A program made the translations under genes and the position numbers. Positions 27,975 to 37,784 of a stretch of DNA of 64,000 bases are shown piece after piece; the first letter of the stretch is position 1; every line of letters starts with the position of its first letter. The stretch is from Candidatus Omnitrophota bacterium (lineage in GTDB: Bacteria; Omnitrophota; Gorgyraeia; Zapsychrales; JAHFFX01), in the NCBI GenBank assembly GCA_023247725.1, contig JAHFFW010000004.1:19921-83920 (forward strand). Direction: 5' to 3'. Under the pieces are notes generated by a model. The model was not told where the DNA came from. It made no database searches and worked only from the letters and a program-made list of their open reading frames with translations.

Positions 27975-29010
27975 AGCGAAGAAGCGCCCTTTCGCGCAGG
28001 CGGGTCCTATCAAGCTCCCCCGCCCGCCTGCCGGCGAGGCAGGGACCCTGCCGGCGGGGCTCCATGGCTCAGCAGCTTTTCTCAAAAGAATTTTCGGGTC
28101 TTCCGGTGCGCTTCTGGGTTTTACCTTGTTTTTGTTGTTCTTTGGGATCAATTATGAATTTTTGAGAATCGCCCGTCTAAATTATTTGTATGATCCGGAT
28201 AACATCTTGGGGAAATTTGCCCAGAATCAGATCTCATTAACGCCTGATCAATTCAAAGAGCGCTTGATGGAAAGCCGGGAGACGGTGCGATATCTTCCCT
28301 ACAAGGCTTTGGCTTACGGGAATCTCGGATTTTGCTATTTTTATGCCAAGGACGTCCCGCGGGCCATTCATGCTTATCGTCGGGCTATTGCCGAGGAACC
28401 GAATTGGTATCATTTATATTTCGACCTGGCGTTGATTTATTATGATCGCCGGGATTATATCCAGGCGGCAAAATTTCTCGAACAAAGTCTCTCGATCATC
28501 CCCAAGACCCGCGGGTTATTCCGCGAGGTCACGCTTTTTTTAAATCAGAATCAAAATCCTTTTTTTATCGAGATGGTGCAATATTTGAATCGCATCGATC
28601 AGGATGAACCCACCCTTTGGCTGATTCTGGGGGAAACTTATTATCATCAGAAACGAATACAGGAATTCCTCAAGATTTCCCAGGAGGGCTCCAGGCTTTT
28701 TCCGGGCCAGGCAAGATTCCGATTCCATCTGGCGATCGGTTATTTCCTTTTGGAAAAATGGGCGGATGCCAAGGTCTCCATTGATGCCGCCATTGCCCAG
28801 TACCCCGGGCAGTCGGAATTTTATTCCCTGCGCGGAATGATCCAGCAAAAATTGACCGGGGAAAATTCTATCGAAGATTTTCAGAAGGCCTTTATTCTTT
28901 CTGGCCAAGGAAAGCACAGCACGGCATTTTTTCCTACCCCACCCAGGTTGCATTATTTTCCGGCTGACTGGCTTTTTAAGGTTTACAGCCAGACCGGATT
29001 CATTAAGTAA
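27913..29010 (+). CDS. Membrane-anchored TPR-repeat protein
   Basis: One TM (ALLGFTLFLLFFGI) then TPR-like repeats (AYGNLGFCYFYAKDVPRAIHAYRRAIAEEP; LYFDLALIYYDRRDYIQAAKFLEQSL). The start is uncertain: the only in-frame ATG (27913) overlaps the upstream gene by 62 nt and precedes a GC-rich low-complexity stretch. Confidence 0.55.
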   Translation: MRISCIFLGKDFVDATFDQHEAKKRPFAQAGPIKLPRPPAGEAGTLPAGLHGSAAFLKRIFGSSGALLGFTLFLLFFGINYEFLRIARLNYLYDPDNILGKFAQNQISLTPDQFKERLMESRETVRYLPYKALAYGNLGFCYFYAKDVPRAIHAYRRAIAEEPNWYHLYFDLALIYYDRRDYIQAAKFLEQSLSIIPKTRGLFREVTLFLNQNQNPFFIEMVQYLNRIDQDEPTLWLILGETYYHQKRIQEFLKISQEGSRLFPGQARFRFHLAIGYFLLEKWADAKVSIDAAIAQYPGQSEFYSLRGMIQQKLTGENSIEDFQKAFILSGQGKHSTAFFPTPPRLHYFPADWLFKVYSQTGFIK

Positions 29011-29068
29011 TAATCGACAAAATTTCTTCTTATGTTACTTTAGTGTTGTTTATTGAAGGGAAATTTTC

Positions 29069-29791
29069 ATGGATGAGTTGAGCGGAAAAACTGCCGTTGT
29101 GACCGGGGCTTCGAGCGGGATTGGCAAGGCTATTGCGCTTCGATTCGGCGCCTTGGGCATGAAGGTTATTTTGATCGCCCGGCGTAAAAATGAGCTAAAA
29201 AAAGTTCAACACGGGATCCAGGCACAGGGTGGCACGGCCTTTATCTATCCGCTTGATTTAACCCGGCCTGAGGCGATCGCAAAAGTATTTCGGCAAATCC
29301 ACCGAGAGAGAGGGCCTGTACAGGTCCTCGTCAACAACGCCGGGATCGGATCTTTTGGTAAACCGGTCGTTCATTGCAGCCTGCAAGAATATGAACAGAC
29401 CTTCGATGTGAATTTGCGCGCGGTTTTTTTGGTGACGAAGGCCGTTTTGCCGTCGATGCTCAAGGTCAAAGAAGGGACGATCATCAACATCGGCTCCACT
29501 TATGGAAAAAACGGAATTCCCCGTTCGGCATTTTATTGTGCCAGCAAATTTGCCTTGGAAGGTTTTTCGGAGGCCTTGTTGCATGAGGTTCGGGAATATA
29601 ACATCGGTGTTTGCCTGATTTCTCCCGAACGCGTACGGATTGAAGCCTTGGGCAAAGATAGGCCCATTAAGGGAAATCTGGATCACTATATCAGCGTCGA
29701 AGATGTCGCCCGGGCGGCCGTATTTTGTGCTCGCCACAGCACAACGGCCACCGTCAGGGAAGTGATCCTTTATACTCGCCGGCCGATTTAA
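29069..29791 (+). CDS. SDR-family oxidoreductase
   Basis: AVVTGASSGIGKAIA, NNAG, YCASK motifs. Confidence 0.85.
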   Translation: MDELSGKTAVVTGASSGIGKAIALRFGALGMKVILIARRKNELKKVQHGIQAQGGTAFIYPLDLTRPEAIAKVFRQIHRERGPVQVLVNNAGIGSFGKPVVHCSLQEYEQTFDVNLRAVFLVTKAVLPSMLKVKEGTIINIGSTYGKNGIPRSAFYCASKFALEGFSEALLHEVREYNIGVCLISPERVRIEALGKDRPIKGNLDHYISVEDVARAAVFCARHSTTATVREVILYTRRPI

Positions 29792-29797
29792 GAACCT

Positions 29798-30790
29798 ATG
29801 AAGCGTAAAATCCTGGTCATCGGCAGCAATTCTTTTTCGGGAAGCGATTTTATTGATTTGCTTCTAGAAAATTCCGGCAACGATGTTATTGGAATGAGCC
29901 GCTCACCGGAGAAGAGTGAGGTGTTTTTGCCTTATCGGCGCCATGCCAAACCCCAGTTTCAATTTTTTCGGTTGGATCTGAACAAAGACATGTCCCGGAT
30001 TAAGGAACTGGTGGATTCGTTTAAACCGCATTATGTCGTTAATTTCGCGGCTCAAAGTGAAGTGGGGCCAAGCTGGAAGTCTCCGTGGGATTGGTTCCAA
30101 ACCAATACGGTCGCCTTATCCCGCCTCATCGATCACCTCAAAGAAAAAAGCTTCCTCAAAAAATATATTCATATTTCCAGTCCGGAAATCTACGGGAACT
30201 GCCAGGGACTCGTCAAAGAGGATTATCGTTTAAATCCCAGCACCCCGTATGCCGTCTCCAAGGCGGGGGCCGATCTGCTTCTTCTCGCATATTTTAGGAA
30301 TTACCGGTTTCCATTGGTCATTATTCGTTCCACCAATGTTTACGGAGCCCACCAGCAGTTATTCAAAATTTTTCCACGCGCCGTGATCCGGATCAAGTCC
30401 GGACAAAAATTGGAATTGCATGGTGGCGGCCAGGCCGTGAAATCCTATATTCATGTCCGCGATATTTCCCGGGGAGAGCTTTTGGCCTTAGAAAAGGGCC
30501 GCGTCGGAGAAACCTATCATCTTTCGCCAAAAGAGGGAATGTTGGTCCGTGATCTTGTTCGCAGGATCTGCCAGCGGATGGGTGCGAATTTTGAGAGAGC
30601 GACCGTCCCTGTTTCAGAACGTCTGGGGCAGGATCAGGCCTATGTCATTGACTCCACCAAAGCCCACACCGAGCTGGGGTGGAGCCCGCAGGTGTCTTTA
30701 GACCAAGGGATTGATCAAGTGATCGCATGGGTCAACCAGTTCTGGAAGCAGATCCAAAAACTGCCCTTGGAATATCATCACAAACCCTGA
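29798..30790 (+). CDS. NAD-dependent epimerase/dehydratase family (extended SDR; NDP-sugar dehydratase/epimerase-like)
   Basis: ILVIGSNSFSGSD Rossmann motif, YAVSKAGAD catalytic YxxxK; about 330 aa. Confidence 0.8.
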   Translation: MKRKILVIGSNSFSGSDFIDLLLENSGNDVIGMSRSPEKSEVFLPYRRHAKPQFQFFRLDLNKDMSRIKELVDSFKPHYVVNFAAQSEVGPSWKSPWDWFQTNTVALSRLIDHLKEKSFLKKYIHISSPEIYGNCQGLVKEDYRLNPSTPYAVSKAGADLLLLAYFRNYRFPLVIIRSTNVYGAHQQLFKIFPRAVIRIKSGQKLELHGGGQAVKSYIHVRDISRGELLALEKGRVGETYHLSPKEGMLVRDLVRRICQRMGANFERATVPVSERLGQDQAYVIDSTKAHTELGWSPQVSLDQGIDQVIAWVNQFWKQIQKLPLEYHHKP

Positions 30791-30803
30791 CATCGTTTTT
30801 TTA

Positions 30804-31526
30804 ATGCCAACCCAAGATTTTTCCGTTTCCATCATTGTCCCCGCCTATAATGAGGAAGACAATATCGCTCAGGCCTTGCAGAATGTTCACAAAGCGATCC
30901 AGGGCCTGACGGATGATTATGAAATTTTGGTTTTTAGTGACGGTAGCCAAGATCGCACCGGCCGTATTGTTCAAGACCAGGCCAGGCTCCATCCTGGAAT
31001 CAAACTCATTGAATTCGAAGAAAATCAGGGATACGGGTATGTTTTTAAAGAAGGAATCCGTTTGGCCAGCAAAAAGTATTTTTTGATTTTCCATGGTGAC
31101 AACGACATGGCCTGGCAGTCGACCCGTGACCTTATTCTTAATGCCGGTCAGAGCGATCTGATTAGCTCTTATTTGACGGACATGAAAATCCGGTCTTTAT
31201 TCCGACGGATTATTTCCCAGACGTTTGTGATGGCGATGAATTGTCTTTTTGGGATGCAGCTGCGTTATTTCAATGGTCCCTTTATTTGTCGTTGTGAGCT
31301 ATTAAGTTCCCTGCCGCTGCGAAGTCCGGGTTTGACGGTCGTTGCCGAAACCAAGATTCGTTTGATCAAAAAAGGCCATAGCTACAAAGAGATTCCCTTC
31401 CAACATATCGGACGACGGGGCGGAAAATCAACGGCCCTGCGTTTTAAAAATGTGGTGACGGTGATATCGGTCGTCGCCGTTCTCTGGAAAGAGATTTATC
31501 TCACAAAGGATTCAGAGAAAAAATAA
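30804..31526 (+). CDS. GT2 polyprenyl-phosphate glycosyltransferase (DPM1/CsbB/GtrB-like), paralog of 24035
   Basis: SIIVPAYNEE, VFSDGSQD, GYGYVF; colinear similarity with 24035..24790 down to the C-terminal HIGRRGGKSTALRFKN block. Confidence 0.8.
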   Translation: MPTQDFSVSIIVPAYNEEDNIAQALQNVHKAIQGLTDDYEILVFSDGSQDRTGRIVQDQARLHPGIKLIEFEENQGYGYVFKEGIRLASKKYFLIFHGDNDMAWQSTRDLILNAGQSDLISSYLTDMKIRSLFRRIISQTFVMAMNCLFGMQLRYFNGPFICRCELLSSLPLRSPGLTVVAETKIRLIKKGHSYKEIPFQHIGRRGGKSTALRFKNVVTVISVVAVLWKEIYLTKDSEKK

Positions 31527-33652
31527 TGCCAAAGAAATTACCAGAGTTATTGTCCGCACTGGAAGGAAAAAATATTTTAAGCCTTTCCGGCCTGGCGGTT
31601 CTTTGGGGAATCCAGCTCCTGGCCTTTTTGAGCTGGGGGCTCAGCCTTTTCCCCGTTGATCAAAAGAGAGTTTGGGCCGATTTTTTTACCGTCGTTCACC
31701 CCGAGGTTCAGCCAGAGCGAGAAATCCTGTTATTCCGTTTCTTTGTTTTGGGAACAGTGGCTATTTTTGCCTTCTTGTTATTTCGTCGATTGAAAAACTT
31801 TCCGGAGAGCCTCCCGAGCCTGACCATGCGGTTAATGGCAGAAGGCTTGATAACGATTAGCCTGGTGAGCTCGGGGCTGGGATGGATTCTCGCTCCCGAG
31901 GCCAATGAACCTAAGGTGATGTTCTATCTGATGGCAGCTTTGGCGATGGCCGCCAAATTTCTTCCACACGCGAGTGAAAGTGTTATCCGGCAGATTGAAT
32001 TGGCGGGGGCTCGGTTCAAGGACGCGTTTAAGCGCTGGTACGGCGGCGATGTCCTATTTTTGCTTTGGATCTTTGCTGCCATTGCGATCGTCGATGTTGA
32101 ATCGGTGCTTGCCCTCAGCTATGTGCAGGACAAATTTCATCATTGGGACGGCTTTGTCATGGCGCCAGGCTGGGCTTATTTATCGGGATTGGTTCTCAAC
32201 CACGATTGTATCACCCAGTATGGGATTTTTTGTGTGGCGGTCCTCAGCCGAATGGCACAATGGCTCGGCGGGTTCAGTTATCAGCATGTCCTTGCCGTTA
32301 TCGCTGCCTCGACCATCATTTATTACATGGTCAGTTACTTATTCTTAAGATCTTGGTTAAAAGATTCGCTGTTAGCGGCCAGTGGCATTGTCTTAGGGTT
32401 GACTTGGCAGATGTTCCATTCCGGACTCGAAAGTGTGATTTGGCGTTTTCCTTCGGCAACCGTTATTCGCTATTTTTTTGATGTATTTATTTTTGTCCTT
32501 ATCCTGGCTCATATTCGTCGAGGAAAATTCATCTTTCTTTACTTCGCCGCCATCCTTGCCGGGGTATCGTTGGCCCATGTGACCGATACCGGAATATATG
32601 TGACGTTGACCTTATGGGCTTATTTGATTTTAGAAACGGTGCGGGAACTAAGCGGGAAGAATTTTTTTAAGTCCAGCTTGTACCGGATGATCGCCTGTGC
32701 CATCTTGCCTTTGATGGTGGCCGCCGCGATCCTTGGGTGGATGGAAGGCCCCTGGTTTTTCTCGGCGGAGTTTTGGAACAATTCAATTGAGAATATCCGA
32801 CTGTTCTTGCGTGGTTTTGGCAATTTGCCGATCTACACCAATTTGAAAGAAGGTTTTCCGGGACTTTTTCTCCTGGGATTGGCGATTCCCTTAATTTATG
32901 TTCTGAATCTCATGGTCATCGGTTCTTTATATATTTCTGGAAAACTCGGGAAAGAGCATGTGCTGGCGATCTTGCTGAGCATTTATGGGCTGGGCTTGTA
33001 TCATTACTATGTTTGCCGGTCTGCGATCATGAGTTATCTGGTCGTGAGTCTGCCTTTGGTCTTCATCCTGTGTTACTGGATGCAAGCCCTCTTGGAAAAT
33101 CTGGACCGCTTTCCCAGAAGAATCATGACAAGCGTTGTCTTGTTTCTTCTGTTAGTTCAGTTATTCTCTAATCCCATCTTTCAAAAGTATCCCAATATCT
33201 TTCATTCTAAAGCGCAGCTGTGGGCTGAGGAAAAGGCCCAGTTTGAAAAGGAATTTCATTTCCAATCGGACGAGGCCCTCATCAGAGAAATGACGAGGCC
33301 CGAAGAGCGCGTGGCTTTGATCAGCAGTTTTGAAACCCAGATCTTGATTGAGGCCCAGCGTCGCCCATATTTTTATTATTTTCCTCTCATCAATTCTGAA
33401 CGCATGGAGGTCAATAGTTTTCAGGGAACTTACCTTTGGGAAAAGAGCCGCTTGGATAAGACCTTAATGCAATTGCAGCAGCATTCTCCCCAATATATTT
33501 TTGTCGAAAAAAAACTTTTCGAAGGAAAACTTCCCCGGCCCTATTATGCTTATCATGAGACGCTGACGATCCTCATGCAATTTTTGTATGAGCATTACGA
33601 ACCAGTCAAGTCAGGGAAATACCTATTGGCACTCAAACGCAAACCCCTCTGA
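31526..33652 (+). CDS. Large polytopic membrane protein, GT-C-like glycosyltransferase candidate of unclear family
   Basis: About 13 hydrophobic helices over roughly 530 aa, then a soluble C-terminal domain; the start overlaps the GT2 stop (ATAATG). Confidence 0.45.
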   Translation: MPKKLPELLSALEGKNILSLSGLAVLWGIQLLAFLSWGLSLFPVDQKRVWADFFTVVHPEVQPEREILLFRFFVLGTVAIFAFLLFRRLKNFPESLPSLTMRLMAEGLITISLVSSGLGWILAPEANEPKVMFYLMAALAMAAKFLPHASESVIRQIELAGARFKDAFKRWYGGDVLFLLWIFAAIAIVDVESVLALSYVQDKFHHWDGFVMAPGWAYLSGLVLNHDCITQYGIFCVAVLSRMAQWLGGFSYQHVLAVIAASTIIYYMVSYLFLRSWLKDSLLAASGIVLGLTWQMFHSGLESVIWRFPSATVIRYFFDVFIFVLILAHIRRGKFIFLYFAAILAGVSLAHVTDTGIYVTLTLWAYLILETVRELSGKNFFKSSLYRMIACAILPLMVAAAILGWMEGPWFFSAEFWNNSIENIRLFLRGFGNLPIYTNLKEGFPGLFLLGLAIPLIYVLNLMVIGSLYISGKLGKEHVLAILLSIYGLGLYHYYVCRSAIMSYLVVSLPLVFILCYWMQALLENLDRFPRRIMTSVVLFLLLVQLFSNPIFQKYPNIFHSKAQLWAEEKAQFEKEFHFQSDEALIREMTRPEERVALISSFETQILIEAQRRPYFYYFPLINSERMEVNSFQGTYLWEKSRLDKTLMQLQQHSPQYIFVEKKLFEGKLPRPYYAYHETLTILMQFLYEHYEPVKSGKYLLALKRKPL

Positions 33653-33674
33653 ATGGATTTCCAAAATCCTAACG

Positions 33675-34388
33675 ATGGAAAAATATCTGGTCGGGATCTG
33701 TGCCTTTAATGAAGGAGCTAAAATTAAGAGGGTCATGACAAAGTTCGCTGATTATGGCCTTTACGAGGTGTTAGTCATTGATGATGGTTCGACGGATGGA
33801 TCTCTGAGTGTAGTTTTATCTCATGAGGCGGTCACGCTGATTCGTAATGAACAGAATCGCGGCGCCGGCTATGGGACAAGACAGATCGTGAATTATGCGA
33901 GACAGAATCATTATACAGCCGTCATTTTTGTCTCTGGAAATGATAAAGACTCTCCCGCTGATGTCGCTAAACTTAAAGACGCGATTGAGGCCGGATACGA
34001 TTTTGTGCAAGGCTCCCGATATTTACCGGGCGGCGGTCATGGAGGAATGCCATTGTATCGAATGCTCACAACTCAATATATCCATCCCTGGCTATTTTCT
34101 CTAATCACCGGAAAAAGGATTACGGATAGCACCAATGGATTTCGGGCGGTTCGGGTAAACATGTTCAATGATCGAAGAATCAACCTGAATCAGCCCTGGC
34201 TTGATCATTATGAACTCGAACCTTATTTGTTTTATAAGGCGATTACCTGCGGTTATAAAGTCAAAGAAGTGCCGGTTACAAAGATTTATCCGAAAAAAGC
34301 AGAGGGTTACACTAAGATGCGCCCATTCATCGACTGGTGGAGTATTTTAAGACCGCTGGTGTATTTAGGATTAAGGATCAAAAAATAA
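33675..34388 (+). CDS. GT2 glycosyltransferase (polyprenyl-phosphate sugar synthase-like)
   Basis: VLVIDDGSTDGS, NRGAGYG motifs. The track ORF begins at 33588, but the ATG at 33675 (MEKYLVGICAF) lies after the upstream stop. Confidence 0.75.
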   Translation: MEKYLVGICAFNEGAKIKRVMTKFADYGLYEVLVIDDGSTDGSLSVVLSHEAVTLIRNEQNRGAGYGTRQIVNYARQNHYTAVIFVSGNDKDSPADVAKLKDAIEAGYDFVQGSRYLPGGGHGGMPLYRMLTTQYIHPWLFSLITGKRITDSTNGFRAVRVNMFNDRRINLNQPWLDHYELEPYLFYKAITCGYKVKEVPVTKIYPKKAEGYTKMRPFIDWWSILRPLVYLGLRIKK

Positions 34389-35989
34389 TGGACTTTAAAA
34401 ATCGGTTGCCATGGCTTCATATCCTGGCGGGCCTGGCCGGGTTCATCATTGTCTTAGGAATCATTTTGCGCTTTTTTCGCATCACCGACGCGGATTTTAC
34501 TTTCTATGACGAAGGGCTTTACCTTAATCTCAGCCGACCGTTTTCGGATTTTGTGGCCAAGCACTTGCCCCTTAAAGGAGCGGATTTCTGGCAAGCGGTA
34601 TACACCTTACTGTTGATTTCTTTACCCCAAGGCAAGGCGCTGTGGCTTTTTCTTGTGGATTCGAGGGTATTTTGGGGGTTGTGGGAAGGGTGGTCGGTTC
34701 CTCGTGTCATTGCGGCGGTGTCAGGCACTTTAACCCTTGGTCTGGAATTTATTTTTGTCCAACGGTTTTTTCAGAATCGGCTCATCGCTTTTTTAAGTGT
34801 GGTTCTCTTGAGTATTTTACCCAGCCATGTGTTTTATTCCCGCCTGGCCTTGCAGGAAACTTTGAGTACACTTTTTTTCCTCGCCGGTTTCTATTTTTAT
34901 TTGTTTCCGGCAAAATTGAATTCAAGGACGTTCTTATCGGCGGTCTTTTTCATCGGCGCCTATTTTACCAATTACCGCCTCATCATTATTCCTTTACTGG
35001 TTCTTTGGGCCGAAATCTGGATGTCATTATCCCTAGGCCAGAGACCCAATGTTCGTAAATATATCTGGCATGTACTGACTTTCCTCAGCCTGATGTTCAG
35101 TATTGGCGCCATTGATGAAGGGCAGAATACCGTCGTCACCTTTTCTTGGATGTTCCATCAGGCGCAGCTGGGCCAACACCAATTCGACTGGCTTAACTTT
35201 TTTTCCTTTCCCTATTATTTGTTTCGCTTGGAGCATCCATTCTTTGGATTGTTATTTTTCAGCGGGGCATATTTACTCTCTCGAAGGAGTTTCTATGATC
35301 TTTTGCCTTTGGGGTTAGTGCTTTTGCAGATGGCCATCTTTTCTTTCGCGGCGGATAAGGCCGCTCGCTATGTGTGTGTCGTGACTCCTTTTTTGGCGGC
35401 GTCCGTGGCGGTGACAATTGCCCGGTTATGGGACGATATCAAAAATCCCCGTCGGCAAGTTGTCCTGGGGATTCTGGTCTTCTTTCTTGTTGCGGGCATG
35501 ACACTCAAATCCGTGAGATTGGCTACGGCAGTTTCTGACTATCGCCCGTCGATGCAATACTTGGTCGGTCTTGATCCTGCGGTTAAAGTCATTTCCACAC
35601 AGCCTTTCGTCCAAAACCTATATGTTGAACCCAGAGAGCGCGTTCAAGAGTGTCCACTGGAATTCATCGGTCTGGTTGCCTTATACATGCAAGGATACCG
35701 ATACTTAGTTTTAGATCCCCAAGCCTATATCACTTATACCGCTGACCGAAATAAATTCACGCCCGTTCTTAAGGATTACCTTGGATTCATTTTAACCAAC
35801 GCCAAACCTGTTAAGGAATTCCCACATTTTAACCAGGATTTATTGGAGAGATTTGTTTTCGAACACAATGAAAATTTGCAGCGTTCGCTGGCTTTTTTGC
35901 GGATGAATGATGCCGGGATGGGGAGACTACGGATTTATGACATCAACGCGTGCTTGCTCGCCATTCAGCAACGTTTAGGATCGCGATGA
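34388..35989 (+). CDS. GT-C glycosyltransferase, PMT/ArnT-like (GT39/GT83-like)
   Basis: FTFYDEGLYLN first-loop DE motif characteristic of PMT/ArnT-family GT-C enzymes; more than 10 TM helices. ATG 34388 overlaps the upstream TAA (TAATG). Confidence 0.6.
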   Translation: MDFKNRLPWLHILAGLAGFIIVLGIILRFFRITDADFTFYDEGLYLNLSRPFSDFVAKHLPLKGADFWQAVYTLLLISLPQGKALWLFLVDSRVFWGLWEGWSVPRVIAAVSGTLTLGLEFIFVQRFFQNRLIAFLSVVLLSILPSHVFYSRLALQETLSTLFFLAGFYFYLFPAKLNSRTFLSAVFFIGAYFTNYRLIIIPLLVLWAEIWMSLSLGQRPNVRKYIWHVLTFLSLMFSIGAIDEGQNTVVTFSWMFHQAQLGQHQFDWLNFFSFPYYLFRLEHPFFGLLFFSGAYLLSRRSFYDLLPLGLVLLQMAIFSFAADKAARYVCVVTPFLAASVAVTIARLWDDIKNPRRQVVLGILVFFLVAGMTLKSVRLATAVSDYRPSMQYLVGLDPAVKVISTQPFVQNLYVEPRERVQECPLEFIGLVALYMQGYRYLVLDPQAYITYTADRNKFTPVLKDYLGFILTNAKPVKEFPHFNQDLLERFVFEHNENLQRSLAFLRMNDAGMGRLRIYDINACLLAIQQRLGSR

Positions 35990-37014
35990 CGGTGAAGACC
36001 TTACCTTTAAAGGACGCCTTGGCGAAACTAGCCTTGCCGGCTACCGACCGCAATCTTTTTTCTTCCCCCGAATGGATGAAGGTCATTGTATGCACTTATG
36101 GAACCAGAATTTTTGTCAAATACATCGAACGTGATGCAAAAGTTTCTAGTTATGTTTTTTATACGGTGGTAAAAAATTTTTTGGAATGGAAGATTTGCCT
36201 TTGTTCTTATTGCGATTATTGCGATGGATATGTCAACTGTGCCCAAGACTGGGAGGATTTTTTCCAAGATTTCCGGAGGGAGTACCCTTCCTACCGCATT
36301 GCCGTGCGCAATCTGCGTGACGATCTTGTGCGCGCCAACCCTCACTTTCAACTTCTAAGCCAGGAGTGGTTTCATTTGCTGAATCTTCAGGATAGTCTCG
36401 AAGCCATTTGGAACCGTACGCATGAATCATTTCGGTCCGCCGTTAAGCAAGGCAAAAAGAAAGAGATTTCTGTCCGTGTGTGTGAGAAAAAATATTTGGC
36501 GGATTTTTATCGGCTTCATTTGCGTTTGCGGAAAAATAAATATCGGGTATTTCCGCAGCCTTTGGCTTTTTTTGAGAATATTTGGAATGAGTATATGGAA
36601 AGGAAGAAAGGATTCATGCTGGGGGCTTTCTTTAGGGAACAGTTGGTCGCGGCCAATATCTATTTGGAGTGCGGGAATACGTTATACTATAAATTCAATA
36701 CCTCCGATTTATCGGCGACGCATCTACGGCCTAACAATGTGCTTTTTTGGGAAGGCATTGAGCTCGCTAAAAAGCGGGGACTCGAATATTTGGACTTAGG
36801 CTCGAGTGGTCTGGAACAAAAGGGCCTGATTTTATTTAAGGAACACGCTGGGGTAAAAGGGCAATATATCTTTCACTTGGGATTTGCCCCGCCGGGATTC
36901 AAATTCAGCAAAAAAAGAATCCTCAAGGCATTCACGACAATCTGCACCCGGCCCTGGATGCCCGAAGCCGCCGTCCGCTGGGGAAGCCAGATTATTTATC
37001 CATACTTAGCTTGA
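35986..37014 (+). CDS. FemAB-like / GNAT-fold acyltransferase (Acetyltransf_6-like)
   Basis: C-terminal NIYLECGNTLYYKFNTSDLSATHLRPNNVLFWEGIELAKKRGLEYLDLGSS resembles the FemAB/BioF2-like acyltransferase core. ATG 35986 overlaps the upstream TGA. Confidence 0.45.
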   Translation: MTVKTLPLKDALAKLALPATDRNLFSSPEWMKVIVCTYGTRIFVKYIERDAKVSSYVFYTVVKNFLEWKICLCSYCDYCDGYVNCAQDWEDFFQDFRREYPSYRIAVRNLRDDLVRANPHFQLLSQEWFHLLNLQDSLEAIWNRTHESFRSAVKQGKKKEISVRVCEKKYLADFYRLHLRLRKNKYRVFPQPLAFFENIWNEYMERKKGFMLGAFFREQLVAANIYLECGNTLYYKFNTSDLSATHLRPNNVLFWEGIELAKKRGLEYLDLGSSGLEQKGLILFKEHAGVKGQYIFHLGFAPPGFKFSKKRILKAFTTICTRPWMPEAAVRWGSQIIYPYLA

Positions 37015-37784
37015 AAGAAGGAATGACCAAATCTCAAAGAACCAAAATGGAATTAAAAGAAATTTTCAATCATTGGGCAAAAAGCGTTCATCCGGATTAT
37101 GCCCATCAGCAGTGGCTTTTGAGCAAATGGGAAGTATTTGAGGGAATTGAATGGTCTGCGGCAAAGATTGATTTGATGGTCAAAACAATTGCCCAAGGAT
37201 TGAGTTTAAAAATTTCGGATTGTCTGATCGATTTGGGATGCGGGGCTGGCTGGATTTTACAGGCCCTTTTGTCGCGCTGTGCAAAGGGAGTCGGCTTGGA
37301 TATTTCCTGGGAAATGCTCAAAATGGCGACTCGCAAAGCCCGCGTGAATTATCTTTGCGGCGAGATCGGCCAATTGCCTTTGCGATCTGAAAGTTTCGAT
37401 TGTGCCTTGGTTTACTATGTATTTTTGAATTTTCGGGACTATCGTTATGTCGAACAATCGCTCTTGGAGATCTTTCGCATTCTAAAACCTGGTGGTCGGG
37501 CCTTAATTGGACAACTGCCTGACCAAAATTGTTCGGCTGATTACGAGCTGGCAAAGGCCGACCATTTGCAATTTTGTCAACGGCATTATCTGCTGGGAAA
37601 GAATAATCGGGACCTTTATTTACCCCCGTTGCGATTGTTCGACCGGAATCGCTTAAAAGATTTTTTGGGAAAATACAACATGGACCATCGATTTCTGCCC
37701 TCCTTTAATCCTTTCTTCCGAGAAGGAAAGCCTGAAGTGATCGATTGGCGATTCGACCTGATTCTGGAAAAAAATCTAAAATGA
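37011..37784 (+). CDS. Class I SAM-dependent methyltransferase
   Basis: LIDLGCGAGW motif I, VGLDIS motif II, LKPGGRALIG post-II region. Confidence 0.8.
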   Translation: MKEGMTKSQRTKMELKEIFNHWAKSVHPDYAHQQWLLSKWEVFEGIEWSAAKIDLMVKTIAQGLSLKISDCLIDLGCGAGWILQALLSRCAKGVGLDISWEMLKMATRKARVNYLCGEIGQLPLRSESFDCALVYYVFLNFRDYRYVEQSLLEIFRILKPGGRALIGQLPDQNCSADYELAKADHLQFCQRHYLLGKNNRDLYLPPLRLFDRNRLKDFLGKYNMDHRFLPSFNPFFREGKPEVIDWRFDLILEKNLK

